A DNA stretch of 64,000 nt from Vicugna vicugna (GCA_013265495.1 MU061578.1:3669308-3733307); one strand, 5' to 3'. Shown: positions 48,961-61,544, numbered from the stretch's first letter. The notes: generated by a model not told the origin, from the sequence alone. Translations and numbers: made by a program.

Positions 48961-50334
48961 ACGGGGCTGCAGCTGAGAAAGGAGGAGTCTCGGTCTGCGG
49001 GCCGTAGGGAAAATGGCTCTTGGGAGGGAAACCTGGCCTGGCTGTGGGAGCCTGGCCTGGGACCTCGGGGCATAGCCGTTCCCACCCTGTGGGGCCGAGG
49101 ACGTTCCTGGGAGCCTGCAGGGTCCCCGATCTTCCGGGGCGCAGAGGCTGGAACCCTCTGTCAGAGACGACAGCCGGGCCAGAGACTGCCGCCAGGCTGG
49201 CCCGCCGCGGCCCCAACGTGTAATTAGGGAAGTGGGCTTTCGGCTGGGGCCGCGGAGCCCTGGGTAGACTAGCGGCCCGGAAGCCCCAGCTCTGGCTCCG
49301 AAGCGAAGCCGAGTCAGCAGCCGTCTGCCAAGCCTGGAGGGCGTTTCCACCCGACACCCTGTGCTGAGAGGGCCGCGCCCGGGCTGGGGCCTGAGGATGG
49401 GGCTCCCAGCTGGCCGCCAGCCGGTGACAGCCAGAGCCTCCTGCTTGAGCTCAGGCAGCCTCCTCAGCCCTGGGCACCCCAGCCCCACCTCCCCGCTGGG
49501 GACCCCCCAGCCCCTACCTTCTCCTTCCATCCTTCCCCCCCCCTTCTCTCTTTAAGTCCCAGAGCTGAACTCTGTCTTGCCTGGTGGCGAGCTCGCTGGC
49601 TCGCTGTGTGAGCACAACTGGGACACCTAGCTGTAAATCAGACCAGTCCTGTCCCTCACCCAAGCTGCTGATCCCAGAGCATTTTCACGTCTTCCTATTT
49701 TCTTCACCATTTGGCTATAATCCTCCCAACCAAAGTTTCTGATTTCCTTCCCTCTGGATCACTCAGCTTCACCGTAAACTACCACCTGACCACCTGGGAC
49801 CCAGGACCAGATGGTCCCTGGGGCCTGCAAACTGGACTTGGTGTGAAGTTCATAGGACTCAGCCCTGCACTGGCCGGACTCTTCCACACATGGCCGCCTG
49901 GCCACCGTGGAGGGCACGCGTGCTCTGTGCCTGTGTGTCAGCAGAAGCTCCCGTATAGTGGCCCAAGAGACGCTTCCCTCAATAAGCCTTCCTGAGTCCC
50001 GGGCTCCCTGGAAACAGTAACAGTTAAGAACCCCCATCCTTTCCTGTTCCCACTAAGGACCACCTGTCCTCCAAGGACCACCTGCCCTCACATCTTCCAA
50101 GCTAAGACTTTGTCCTCTCTCTCCCACTGGCTCCTTTGTTACTGAGGCAATGTCACCTCTGCCACCATCTGTTGCTAATTTTTAACCTTGTCCAGTGCAG
50201 GTGGCAGTGTAATTCCTGAGGTATTTAATGTGTCTATGAAGGAGCCTTGATGATTTCTGGCCTTGGCATCAGGCTAACACAATTTTACTGCAATGCTATC
50301 ATTTTCTTGTTCATGTTAACAGCTTCCGCGGACT

Positions 50335-50510
50335 TGGCATTCATTTTGTGTGTGGTGTGAGGTAGGGATCTGACTGTACGTGTATTTACTGGTAATGGTT
50401 GTCCCCACACCAGTCGCTGTAGAATCCACACTTCCCTCCACTGATTCCGGGTGCGCTAAGTTCCCCGATGTGCCATGTCTGTGGCTGAACTCTCTGTTCC
50501 AATCCATCAA
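50335..50510 (-). mobile_element. Very old L1 ORF2 remnant
   Basis: TTCATTTTGTGTGTGGTGTGAGGTAGGGATC...GTTGTCCCCACACCA...CTCTCTGTTCCAATCCAT resembles reversed L1M ORF2 sequence. Confidence 0.55.
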
Positions 50511-50896
50511 CTCAAATCAACCTGCAAAAATGAATTTAATCAGCCTGGTTATGCGTGACTCTGAAACAGCTGGTTAATTCAGTGAAAAGAATCACATGCC
50601 AGATGTAGGCAGATCATGTAACCAAAAGGCTGGGTCACTATTTTCAGTTTCGCTGAGGATTCAGATGGCCGCTTATTCACGACTCATGCAGCATTATGCC
50701 TTGAATGCCTCCTGGGGTTCAGGGCTGGACTGGGCTGTGGGGCCATGGTAGTGAATGGAGCTCACATCCAGACCACCTGGAAGGAGGAGATGGACAACCA
50801 GGGAGGCGGACACACAGGAAGTCACTGAGGGTCAGTGCTGGGAGAGGACAGCACAGTGTGGGCATAGTGGCTGGTCAGGAAGGACTTCTCAGAGGA

Positions 50897-51243
50897 TGCT
50901 ATGGACCAAATGTTTGTGCCCCCAAAAACTCTTGTCTTAAATCCTAACCCCAAATCATGTGTTGGGAGGTGAGGACTCCAGGAGATAACCAGGTCATCAG
51001 CCTCATAACTAGGACCAAGCTCTTCTAAAAGAGACCCAGGGGGCTCCCTCACTGCTTCTGTGAGGAGGACACATCTAGAGGTCAGCCCTCTATGAACCAG
51101 GAAGCAGGGCCTCACCAGACATGGAATCTGCTGGCACCTTGATCTAGGACTTTCAGCCTCTGGGGCTGTAAGAAATCGAGTTTTGCTGTTTAAAATGCCC
51201 AGTCTGGGACAGTTTGTCACAGCAGCCTGAGGGGACTAAGACA
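50897..51243 (+). mobile_element. Complete MaLR solo LTR (MLT1A-like)
   Basis: TGCTATGGAC...GGAATCTGCTGGCACCTTGATCTAGGACTTTCAGCCTC...GACTAAGACA; TG...CA termini; degenerate 5-bp TSD GAGGA/CAGGA. Confidence 0.9.
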
Positions 51244-51637
51244 CAGGAGGTGGCCTCTTTATCTGGATTTGATGGACAAGACTGAGCCCATGTACAATGC
51301 TCTGGGGTGGAGACATTCCAGGAAGGCTAAGTGTAAAGGCCCTGGGGCTTCATATCACTTGGTTGGTTTACCTGCCCCCATCGGGAGGGAGTCAGAAAGG
51401 GGCTGTCGGAGAAGCAAGAGGCCTTGACCACAGATGGGGCCCAGGTGGGAGGAGGCTGAGCCGCCTACCTGGGTTCACTGACCCAAGTCGGGGGGGTCAC
51501 CCTCTTGCACAGATGTCTCCAGCAGCACCCCTTGGTGGCTCTGTGAAGCCCAAACGTCTGAGCCTGCTCCTCGGCCCCCTGCATCGAAACCCAAACCACC
51601 TACTACACATCTGCTCAACTGCCAACATCCAGTTTTC

Positions 51638-51717
51638 TTTTTTTTAATGGAGGTACCGGGGCTTGAACCAAGGATGTCGTTCATGCTAAGCACATGCTCT
51701 ACCACCGAGCTATACCC
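51638..51717 (-). mobile_element. tRNA-Ala-derived SINE (Vic-1-like)
   Basis: T tail then TGGAGGTACCGGGGCTTGAACC...CATGCTAAGCACATGCTCTACCACCGAGCTATACCC; CAGTTTTCT on both flanks. Confidence 0.88.
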
Positions 51718-54689
51718 AATGTTCCTCAATGTGCAGTTTTCTGTTACTGTGCACCCGACCAACTCACTCAAAAGCCAAATCCAGTTGAGTATTTTAAAAT
51801 GTGAGAAGACCTGGGGACAAGCCATGTGGTGTCATTCCGTAGCCCTGAAGCCCAGTTTCAGAGAACACTTACAATGTCCAGACAGACATACTGTCCACCC
51901 GGACCAGAGCTCATGGGCTGGGGTGGCTCTGAGCAGCCACCAGCAGAACTGCTGGAGGGAGGGGCAGAGCCCAGTCCTTGATGGGATGGCGAGGTCCCTA
52001 CCTGGGGTCTAGCTCCTGCCTGTCTTGGCATGGGGGCAGTTGGCAGACGGAGATGCAGTCTGGGTGGGGGTGGGGCACCCGGGGCCTCTAAGGGCATCAG
52101 GCTGCCCCCTGACCAGAGCCGCAGGGCATGACGTGAGGGAGCGGGTAATTGAGCTCTGGCTGTGATTTGGGCTGGTGGGGGGGTCGGTCGGGGAGCGGGT
52201 TTGTTCAGCATTAAGCCTGGCTCCGCTCCGCCGGCTGTGGAATTCCTTGTCTGATCCAGCTCCAGATTGGCCCAGGAAGAAATTGGGGGAGAATTGATTT
52301 GTGCCACGTCCAGGCAACCGCGGGCAGGGAGCCCCCCTGCCGTCCCCACTGTCTCTCCCTTCCGCATTTACCCCTGGCCAGCCTGCTGGCGCCACTGGGA
52401 AAGGTGGAGCCAGGAGCGATGGTTTGGGCCCACCCATAGGAGGTCCTGGTCACCCCCAGAGGCAGAAGCCCAGCAGGATCTGCCAGCCAATACTGAGCCA
52501 GGCACGGGACCCAGGGATGATAGGCTCGCCCTGGCCTGAGTCCCCGAAGGACAGAGACATACCTGTGGGGAGTGTCAGAGGCTGGGGGGCATTCCCAGAC
52601 CCAGGTAGCCGAGGTGGAGGATGAATGGAGAGAACCTATGCAGCCCAGTTCCCTTCCTTTGGCTCTCTCACCCTCTGTGAGCCACAGGGAGGAGGGGTGG
52701 TCTTAGGCAGGCTTCCTAGAGGAGGCAGCCCTGAGCTGATACAGTGGGGACGGGCAGGGTTTGAATGGGCAGGGGCAAGATGGTGAGGCCTGTAGCCCTG
52801 GCCAAGCCTAGTGTCCCCCTGGTTGGCCCGCAGCAAGGTGGCTCCGTGGGCCAGACCCTAGTGGGCAGCCCTCGCCTGGCTTTAGCTTTGGTGAATCCAT
52901 GTGCTCTTCCCAAGGGCCCAACGGTGACTACGGCGTCTCACGCCCAGCTGAGCACTCTCAATTGCCTGGAACGTCTCTCCCTGACACCCTGGCTTCCCCA
53001 AGTGCCAGTCAGCCCAACAGACTGGCATTGTGCACCCAACCCCTTCTGGAGAGCCAGTCCTGGGGGGCCTCCTCCGCTGGCCGGCCCAGGGGCAGGAGGA
53101 GTAGGGCAGGGGCCGCCAAGAGGCCGGGCCAAGATACTGTAGAAGGGGAGGCCCCAGGAGGGTCTGGCATTCAGAAGGGAGCTCAGAAGAGACCCGGCCC
53201 TGCTGGCAGCACAGGAGACTCTGAAGAGATGGTTCCTCCTCGGAGGGGGGCCGTGGTGGGGCTGGTCCAGGAAGTGCCATCCCACACCGACTCTGCCAGC
53301 GCCAGCCCAGAGGCATCGGTGGGCTCTGGGCCTCAGTTTCCTGTGAAGTGGGGTTGTCTGTGTTCTGCTCAGCTGCCCAAGGCCGTTGTACGGAGGTCAC
53401 AAAGGGCAGGTGGCCTCTCCCCACTCCGCAGCTGCTCGTGGGTCTCCCTCGGTCCCCCACTCCCTGTGGCTTTGTGTCCACGACAGGGCCTGTGCTGCCC
53501 GTAGGCATGAGTTAGTATCCACACCCCTGCAGTCTTGGGGGAGCCCAGGCCCGGGGCTAAGTTTTATTTTGACTCAAATCCTGCTCTTGGGACTAGCTAC
53601 TCCCGCCTTCATTTCTGTCACATCCTGTACATTAAAACTGTATTAACATGAACCTCTTGTTTTGAAGGACAGCTGTGCCAACAGCAGCCGTGAAGCCCCT
53701 GATGGCCCCAAGTGTAGGGCCGCCTGCCCGCTGGTCTGGGCCCTGGGCAATCCTTTCTGACGGCCTGGGAGGGTGAGGAGGGGCGGCCTGACCCAGGGCC
53801 CTAGGCCGGCCAGGGAACCATGGTGAAACCAGCCCGGTGTCTAGTTGCCAGAGGCCTGCCTGACCCTGGGGCCGGCCAGCCTCCCCGGCTGGCTCCAGCT
53901 GTCCTTACCTAATGCCGCTGTGGGGAGGGAGGCTGGGCGGCCGCCCCCACATGTGTTCCCGGCCGACGCGGGGTGGGGGACCGGGTGGGAGCCAAGCCCC
54001 AGCCTTCGCTGGAGCGGCCTGCCCAGTGTCCAGACTGGGGCGGCCAGGCGCCGGCACGCTGCCTGCATGACAGGCCCCTGGGGGCAGGGCTGGGAGGAGT
54101 CAGGGCCGAGGAAGGCGGAGGGCAGAGCCCCTCCTGGTGTCCTACCCGCCAGCTGCCGGAAGACGGCCCAGCGAGGTGGGGAGGGGGCTTCCCAGGGAGG
54201 GCCCATGGAGGGAGGGCTTTCTGGCTTGTGCCTTGGCTCTGAGCGGAGAGATACTGCTTACTCCAGCCCGGCCTGTCCATGGGTTAGTTTATGTCCTCCT
54301 CTCTGCCACCTCCAGGGCAATTCCAGGGCTCTCTGCCTTCCATGGATAGGGGGAACCAAGGCATAGAGAAGGAATGTCCACTGTCTGAGGATGTAGGTGG
54401 CCAAGAAGGGATGTGTCTGTGCTCACCTTGCCCAAAGGTGCCCAGCAGTTGCCCTTGGCCTTGCCTGGCCCCTGGGGGCCTCCTTCTCAGGCTGGACACT
54501 CTTGTGGCCCACTTCCTGCCCCTTTCACCTCTCACCACCTCCAGGAAGCTGCCTGGACTGCTCTGCTCAGAACCAGTCCTGTGTTGCCAGTCCCAGCCAC
54601 TGCCCAGGTCACGGTGCCAGCATCCACGTCCTAGATGCGGCCAAGCACTGGCCTGGGGCCTGTTGAGGGGTGGGGGCCGCCTCACCACA

Positions 54690-55090
54690 TGCTGTCCAGG
54701 CCGAGCAGGCGGGGCCAGGGCCGGGAGAATAGGCACCTTCATGCTGCAGCCCGGGCTCTGTGTGTGCTGTGCCCTGGCCCAGCTCGGCCCACCCGCTCTC
54801 CCCACCCCGCTGGTGCCCGCGGTGCCCTCCTCCGCTCGCGCGGCTGGCGGCAGGGCCTCCCCGTGTGGGACCGGGCAGCCACCTGCTGCCCACAGCCGCA
54901 GCCGCACAATGGGTCCCTTGTGCGCCTGCGGCCAGCGGGTGGCGGGCAGCGCCTCCCGGCCCACCCCAGGCTCAGAGCCCCGTTGTGTGGGGCGGCTGCC
55001 CTGGCTGGGCAGCACGGAGCCGGACAGGCGGGCCGCACCCGCCTTGGGCCACAGAGATGCCGGGCCCTGTGCCCCCAGCCCCGTGTGGTT
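54690..55090. promoter_or_regulatory. Orphan CpG-rich element with SoxE-type dimer palindrome
   Basis: CpG-dense; CGCACAATGGGTCCCTTGTGCG at 54903-54924; CTCF-like GGCCAGCGGGTGGCGG at 54930-54945. Confidence 0.5.
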
Positions 55091-55829
55091 CCTCTCCCAG
55101 CACCGTGTTGGGGAGAGGTGGGGTTACCCAGACTGAGTTCCATTCCAGGGCCCCTTCCTGGGTGTCTGGGGTAGCCTGGTGCTGAGCAGCCCCTGTGTGC
55201 CGCCATCCACTCCTGGATTTACCTTGGCCCCCAGACCTCCTCTCCTCCAGGCCAAGCAGGGCAGGAGGTGGCAGGAGGTGCTTTGTCGATGCTAAAGCTA
55301 CCCCAGGCATTGTCCTGGGGAGGCCCATGGACATGTTCTGTCAGGGAGAGGTCCCCAAAGATCTTGCCAGGTGCTACTCTGGGGGCAGCCACCAGACTGA
55401 GGAGGGCTGGCTGTGTCTCCACGTAGGGGTGGTGGGAGGCTAGGGAGCAGCCGGCCCAGGACACGGCATTCAGGAGTTCGGAGCTAAGTTGCCTCTCGTT
55501 GCAGCCGCATGGACTGTAGGGAGCTTATCTTAGGCACAGAAACATCCAGCCCCCAGGCCGGAGACCAACAGCCTTGAGCGCCAGCCCTGAAATATCAAGG
55601 TTATTTTAGGCTCAGGCCCCAGAAGTCCTCCGATTGGACAGTGGCCTCTCTTCCCCTGGCTACCTAGGCTCTGTGGAGTGGGCAAGGGGCTTTATCACAG
55701 AGTTGTCTTTTCCACTGTGGATGTGACATGTGACTACAGGGTCAATTTGAGCGACCCCTGAGCTGGACAAAAGAGGGACAGGGCCTCTCATCTCCAGAAG
55801 CTCAGGGCACAGAGGAAGCCATGTTCCCT

Positions 55830-55998
55830 GGGAGAGTGAAGGCACAGAGAAGCTGAGCTGAGAAGTGAGACAGGCAGGAGAGCTGAACGCCTGGATCCAG
55901 CCATGCCTGAAGCTATAACCCCAACTTCATGATCCAAGAAACTTGTGCTTTTCACTTAAGTCAGGGAAATTGATGTTTCTGTTATTTGCTTCAGAGGC
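55830..55998 (+). mobile_element. MaLR LTR fragment (MLT1J/K-like)
   Basis: CCTGGATCCAGCCATGCCTGAAGC...CTTAAGTCAG...TTTCTGTTATTTGC. Confidence 0.65.
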
Positions 55999-58229
55999 CT
56001 TCAGGACACTAGCTGGATCCTTAGTGGGGACAGGAGCACAGAGACGAGCTCAGGGCCTGTGACAAGTGAGCCCCATTCCTTTCCCTTCTCCTGAGGAGCC
56101 AAGGCTTCAGAGGCCAGGTCTCACCTCAGCTGCCTGTGCCTACGCCCATGTGTAGCCCTGAGGAGCATCACTGCCTCTCTCTGGTCTGGAGGACACAGTC
56201 GGCCCACCCCACCATGGGGCCACCAAGCAGCCCCTCCTCCTTGGGGACCTGGAGACAAGGTGCCTGCCTCTCAGAGCAACGCATACCGGCAGGGAGATGC
56301 TGTGGCTGTGAAGGGCTCTTGTGACAATGTTGCCATTCAGCCAGGCCTATTGGGGGTCTCAGAGCAGTGGCCTGCTCTGCCTCCAGGTCACACATAGTCA
56401 CTAGCTCCCATGCCTAGGGTGTTGTCCTGTGTCTCCCGGTCACACCAGACTACGGCCTCATGGTCCGCCAGAACTGCTCCAGGGATGGCTGGGAGAGGGG
56501 GCCACACCTCCCCTCAGGCTCAGGACCCTACAATGTCCCTTCCCATTCCATCTTTCCTCCCTCAGTCCCTGGCCGTGCCCAGAACTCTGCATGTCTCAGA
56601 GATAACTTGGTGACACAAATTCCTAGGGTTGTTTCCTGGCAAGCGGAAGTCAGGGGGCTGGATCTTACACTGGGAGCTGTCACAGCCACTCAGGGGGGAC
56701 TGTCCCTGCCCAGAGGTAGGGGGTGGCCTGAGGTCCTAGCCCCTCACCTGGTGCAGCCCTGTGAGGACAGCAGTCCCCACCCAGGGAAGACGATACAGAC
56801 CCCACAACCCAGGTCTCCTCAGTGGGAAGAGGTAGATCCTTGAACTTGGGGGTACAGGTTCCCTGGTGGAGGGTCTCTGAAGAGCAGCCCTGCCCCGCCC
56901 ACATCTTAAGAAACAGTGCCTCCAGCCCCCCAGGAGTGGGAGAGCAGCCCAGTGATCGCCCCCCACCATGAGCCTTGCTCCCTCCCAGCTGTTCCAGACG
57001 AGCAGCGTGTCCCCGGGGGCCTGTGCAAAGCTGAGGATTTCCTCCGGCCCGGGGGCCCACAGCTGTGCTCACACGTGTGGGAGGAGATGAGGAGTGAGTC
57101 GGGGTTGCAGGCTGGCGCTTGCTGGAGCCCCTCCCAGCCCAGCAGCTCCAGGGCCTCGGTAGGGGGAGGCGGGCTGGGGCTGACTCGGGTCCCAGAGCCT
57201 CATAGACTGCGTCTATGGGGCTGAGGAGCTGGTGTGCCCACATCTGAGGCCAAAGCCTGGTATTTGCTGTCTGGGGGACCCCAATGGGTGCCAAGAGGCT
57301 ACTCCACAGCTGCCTCCTGAAGTTCCCAACCATCTGTGCATGGTTCACTTTGCACTAGGCTCCTCAGACCTGCATTGCGTCTGGATATAGGGGAAGGTGG
57401 GGGAGGGTGGGGGACGGCAAGAGGCATTCCCACCGTTGGCACAGGGTCCTAGGGTGGCCGCAGCCCCCTCGGGCTCCCCGCTAGGGCGGCCACCTGCATC
57501 AGTGCAACGTGGTGCCTGCTGTCATCAAGTGCCAGAGACAGACTGCAGCAGTCTCAGCAGGGCTGAGGGGGGCGTCCCCATCACATCATCCCAACAACCC
57601 CGGCTACTGCGCTCCGGCCCCTGGAAGAGCCGACAGAGGGCTCGTACCTGCCCTCTTAGCCGCCCAGGTGCACATCTTGGGGATCCTCCAGGGGGGCCCC
57701 ACTCCTATGAGGCCAGCCATCCACTCTGCCGGCCTGAGGATCCAGGTAGGGAGGGGAGGCTGGCCGGGTCCCAGGCCGATCGGTTCCGTACGGGTGGGCT
57801 GGGGAGCTGGTCAGGGGCAGACAGCACGATCACCACAGGGCTGAGTAAATTAAGGATCCCTCCCTCTCCCCCGAGAAGGAAAGGCTGAGTGAGCCTGGGA
57901 GCATAGGCCTGCTCTCTGAGCTCTAGGACCCAATTTTGTTGGCGATTAGTCAAGTCAGTCACAAGACAGGGAGGGGCTCACAGATGGGAGACCCAGAGAG
58001 GGGACAGTCCCCTCAGCCTCCTCTCTGCCCCACTGAGGCAGCACACAGGAGGGGCAGGTCTGGACCCCCAGGTGCCCTAAACCTGCTCAGTCAGCAGGTC
58101 TTCCTGAAGTTGCCCCTGAACCCCTCCTGCTTCATTCAAACCCCCTCCTCCAGCTCAGACACCAGGTCCAGCCTGATGTTGCCAGGGACAGCTAGTGTGG
58201 CCCTGTTCCCCACCTGCCAGCTCTGGCCC

Positions 58230-58392
58230 ATTGGATGAATGCTTGGCCTCTCTGGGCCTCAGCTTCCTTGTCTGGGGAAAGGGGCTAATAGTCATTCACA
58301 TGTTGAATTGTGGTGTAGAGAACAGAACTCACATTTGTGCAGCTCTTCCAATTCTGTCTGGGCACTGGAACATGCTAAAAGTTTGTTAAATA
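58230..58392 (+). mobile_element. MIR SINE fragment
   Basis: CCTCTCTGGGCCTCAGCTTCCTTGTCTG...GGGCTAATAGT. Confidence 0.55.
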
Positions 58393-59496
58393 ACCACCAC
58401 CTCTCCGAGCCACATGCCCTCTCCGTGAGGGAAAGGCCACTAACATCAAGTTTAGCAACAAACTGAGACAAGCCAGTGGCACACAGTCGATACTTAATGA
58501 GGGCTCAATCTTCTTTAGGGTCTTTCTGGGGGACGCTGGCCCTTGCCAGAGCCAAGAGTCCCCAAGAGGTGACAGCCACCCCGGGGTCTGCCCTCCAGGG
58601 TGGTGAGGTGCCTGAGGGGCTCATGTAAGGCCCAGCTTTGCTCCCGAGCGCCTGGCCCGAGTGTGTGGCCATAGCATGTGGGCTGAGCCTTGGACAGGCG
58701 TTTTGGGACCAGGGGTGCCGGTCAAGCCCCATGGAGCTGCTGCTGGCCCGGGGCAGCTGGGTCCAAGACGAGGAATGGTAGAATAATCTAGCTGAAATAA
58801 AGCTCTTAATAGCAAAACCACTTCTTTCGAGGGAAAACATGATATTCGGCCAGCCGGCGCAGGCACATGGGGGTCTGGAAAAGGAGAAATCTGCGCAGAG
58901 CTGCCCCAAACCTGCTGCTAAATTATTAAACTCCTGCATGGGGAGAAGCGATAAAATAAACATCCACTGCTTCAGTCTCTCTCAGAAGTGAAGTGTTCCC
59001 GGAGATGGGAAATCCAGACCACGCAGAGAGTTGTTCCGTCGAAATAAAACCATCAGACGTTGGTTTGAAGATGCTGGGGAGAAACAAAGCCCAGATAAAT
59101 CACCCGCTTAAAGCCAGCTAGCCGCCTCGCCCCTGAGCTGGACTGGAGGGGCCTGTGCCCGGAGGGGCAGCTGATGGATTGGGTGCTGAGGAGCGGAGGC
59201 TGCAGTAACCGTCGCGGGAGACGCCTGGGGCTCGGAAGGGGCATGGGGACCGTGTCTTCCTGGCCAGTCATGTCTGGCCCAGGCCTCCTTTCCTAGGGGG
59301 TCAGGAGAGGACCAGCCTGGGGGAGCTGGTGTGCCCACGCCCTCCTCGTCTTGTCAGGCAGCCCAGAGAGTCAACTGGAGACCTGAGGCCCTGGCCAGTT
59401 CACCCCAGTCTGAATGTTTGAAGTTGACCCAGAGTGGCCTGGAGCCCTGTTCCGAGGCCCTGAACAACCCCAGGCTGCAGGCTGGTTGGGAAAGAT

Positions 59497-60354
59497 TTTG
59501 TTTTTAATTGAAGTATAGTTAGTTTACAATATAGTGTCAATTTCTGGTGTACAGTGTAATATTTCGAGCATACGTGTACATACATATATTCCTTTTCATA
59601 TTCTTTTTCATTATAGGTTATTCCAAGATATTGAATATAGTTCCCTGTGCTATACAGTAGGAACTTGTTGTTTATCTATTTTATATATAATAGTTAGTAT
59701 CTGCACATCTTCAACTCCCAGTTTAGCCCTCCACCCTCCCATTTCCCCCCCGGTAAACATAAGTTTGTTTTCTATGTCTGTGAGACTGTTCTTTTGTAAA
59801 TAAGCTCATTTGTGTCTTTTTTTTTTCTAGATTCTACATATAGATATATGGTATTTTTCTTTCTCTGTCTGACTTAACTTCACTCAGTATGATAATCTCC
59901 AGGTCCATCCATGTTGCTGCAAGTGGCATTATTTTATTCTTTTTTATGGCTGAGTAGTATTCCACCATGTATATATAGACCACAATTTTATCCAGTCATC
60001 TGTTGATGGGCATTTAGGTTGTTTCCATGTCATGGCTATTGTAAATAGTGCTGCTATGAACATTAGAGTGCATGTATCTTTTTGAATCAGAGTTCCCTTT
60101 GGATATACGTCCAGGAGTAGGATTGCTGGATCATATGGCAAGTCTATTTTTAGTTTTCTTAAGGAATCTCCATACAGTTTTCATAATGGCTGCACCAAAC
60201 TACATGCCCACCAACAGTGTAGGAGGGTTCCCTTTTCTCCACACCCTCTCCAGCGTTTATCATTTATGGACATTTTAATGATGGCCATTCTGACTGGTGT
60301 GAGGTGATGCCTCATTGTAGTTTTGATTTGCATTTCTCTGATAATTAGCAATAT
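59497..60354 (-). mobile_element. 5'-truncated, comparatively young L1 (ORF2 C-terminus and 3'UTR)
   Basis: ORF 59944-60141(-) [14 protein letters not shown]...KDTCTLMFIAALFTIAMTWKQPKCPSTDDWIK is the L1 ORF2p C-terminal motif. T-rich tail on the left; degenerate TSD TTGGGAAAGA (59486) / TTGGGAAGGA (60354). Confidence 0.92.
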
Positions 60355-61544
60355 TGGGAAGGACCTTTAGAGGTTGCCTGGTTATCCTGATCCCTCTCAG
60401 CCAGGTGGCAAGCACTGGCATGCATAGTACCACTTTTCAGATTGATGCCCGTGGCAGATATCACTAATCAAGCCTCACACTCACTCTTGCAGAAATGGCC
60501 TCCTGACTTTTGTAGCACATCCTGGAAGCTATGTATGTGTGTGGGGATTGAGGGGCGGTAGGGGATGGTCTAGTGGCTCTGGACTGGGAGGTCCACTAAC
60601 TCGGCCCTCTGTCTGTGTCGGACCTACCTACAGCCGGTGGGCTGTCCCTGTGACAGGAGAAGCAAGCAGTCTTCTCTCCACCCCAGAACTCCCAGTCCTG
60701 ACTCTGTATCTACCTCAGGGCTGACGCCGCCCTCCTCGATCCGAGGGCTCCAGCTCTGTGCCCCAGGGTCAGTCTTGTTGGGAAGAGGACAGTCCTGGGG
60801 AGAGGAGGTGGATGTCAGAGGTGCCAAAGTCTCTCCCACTGTGGGGTGAGGGACTGTGACCAGGGCCCTGTGTCTCTGAGGCCTTGCTGCCCAGCCCCCT
60901 CTGCAGCCCCACAAAGACATTTCTCTTCCCTAGCCCTGTCCAGCATCCTCAGGTCCTGTATGCGGACCTCAAGCTGTCCAGCTGTTCCACTGTCTGCCCT
61001 CCAAGTCCCTAATGGCCACTGCCCCGGGATTTGATGGAGACAAAGACTTAGCCCTGCATGTAACCAGAGGCCTCCAGGGATGTGGGCTGATTGGAAACAC
61101 ATCTCTCTGGGCACATGTGGCAGCCCCACCAGGCACAGAGGCCACACAGGTGGGCTTCTGATCTTGGAACCCCAAGATGTCCCGAAGGCTACCTTCTCCC
61201 ACAGGTCTGCTCCCGATCTGGGGTCTCTGCCCCACCCTGGCCCCCCAGGATGAGCAATTTCACTGACAGTGTAGGTTTAAACCCAATGCACAAGCCCAGT
61301 GACACGGTCCATAAGCAAGGGCCCCGGAACTGAGCCTTCACCTCCAGGGTCAGGAACCACAGCCACAGGCCATGCCCTGGGTGAGGGTCTTGGCGATGAG
61401 GCAGGGACAGGAGGACTGGTGGTGTCCAGAGGTGACTGCTGGGCACTGGGCACTGGGCATTGGGCACTGAAGGACAGCTGGGTCACAGCCAAGAAAACAG
61501 TAAGTCCCTGCCCCTCACCCCTGCCATGTCCATGGATGGGGCCC

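Noticed and set aside
50055..50089. 18-bp tandem duplication AAGGACCACCTG(T/C)CCTC; similar short duplications at 1210-1232 and 61440-61468
   Set aside because: Ordinary slippage duplications with no supporting context.
54284..55206. Overlapping 140-280 aa ORFs in the distal CpG-rich element
   Set aside because: No domain, no GPCR transmembrane pattern (not SSTR5); explained by GC content.
59944..60278. Short ORFs with protein-like sequence
   Set aside because: Broken L1 ORF2 C-terminus and its antisense frame inside a truncated L1.
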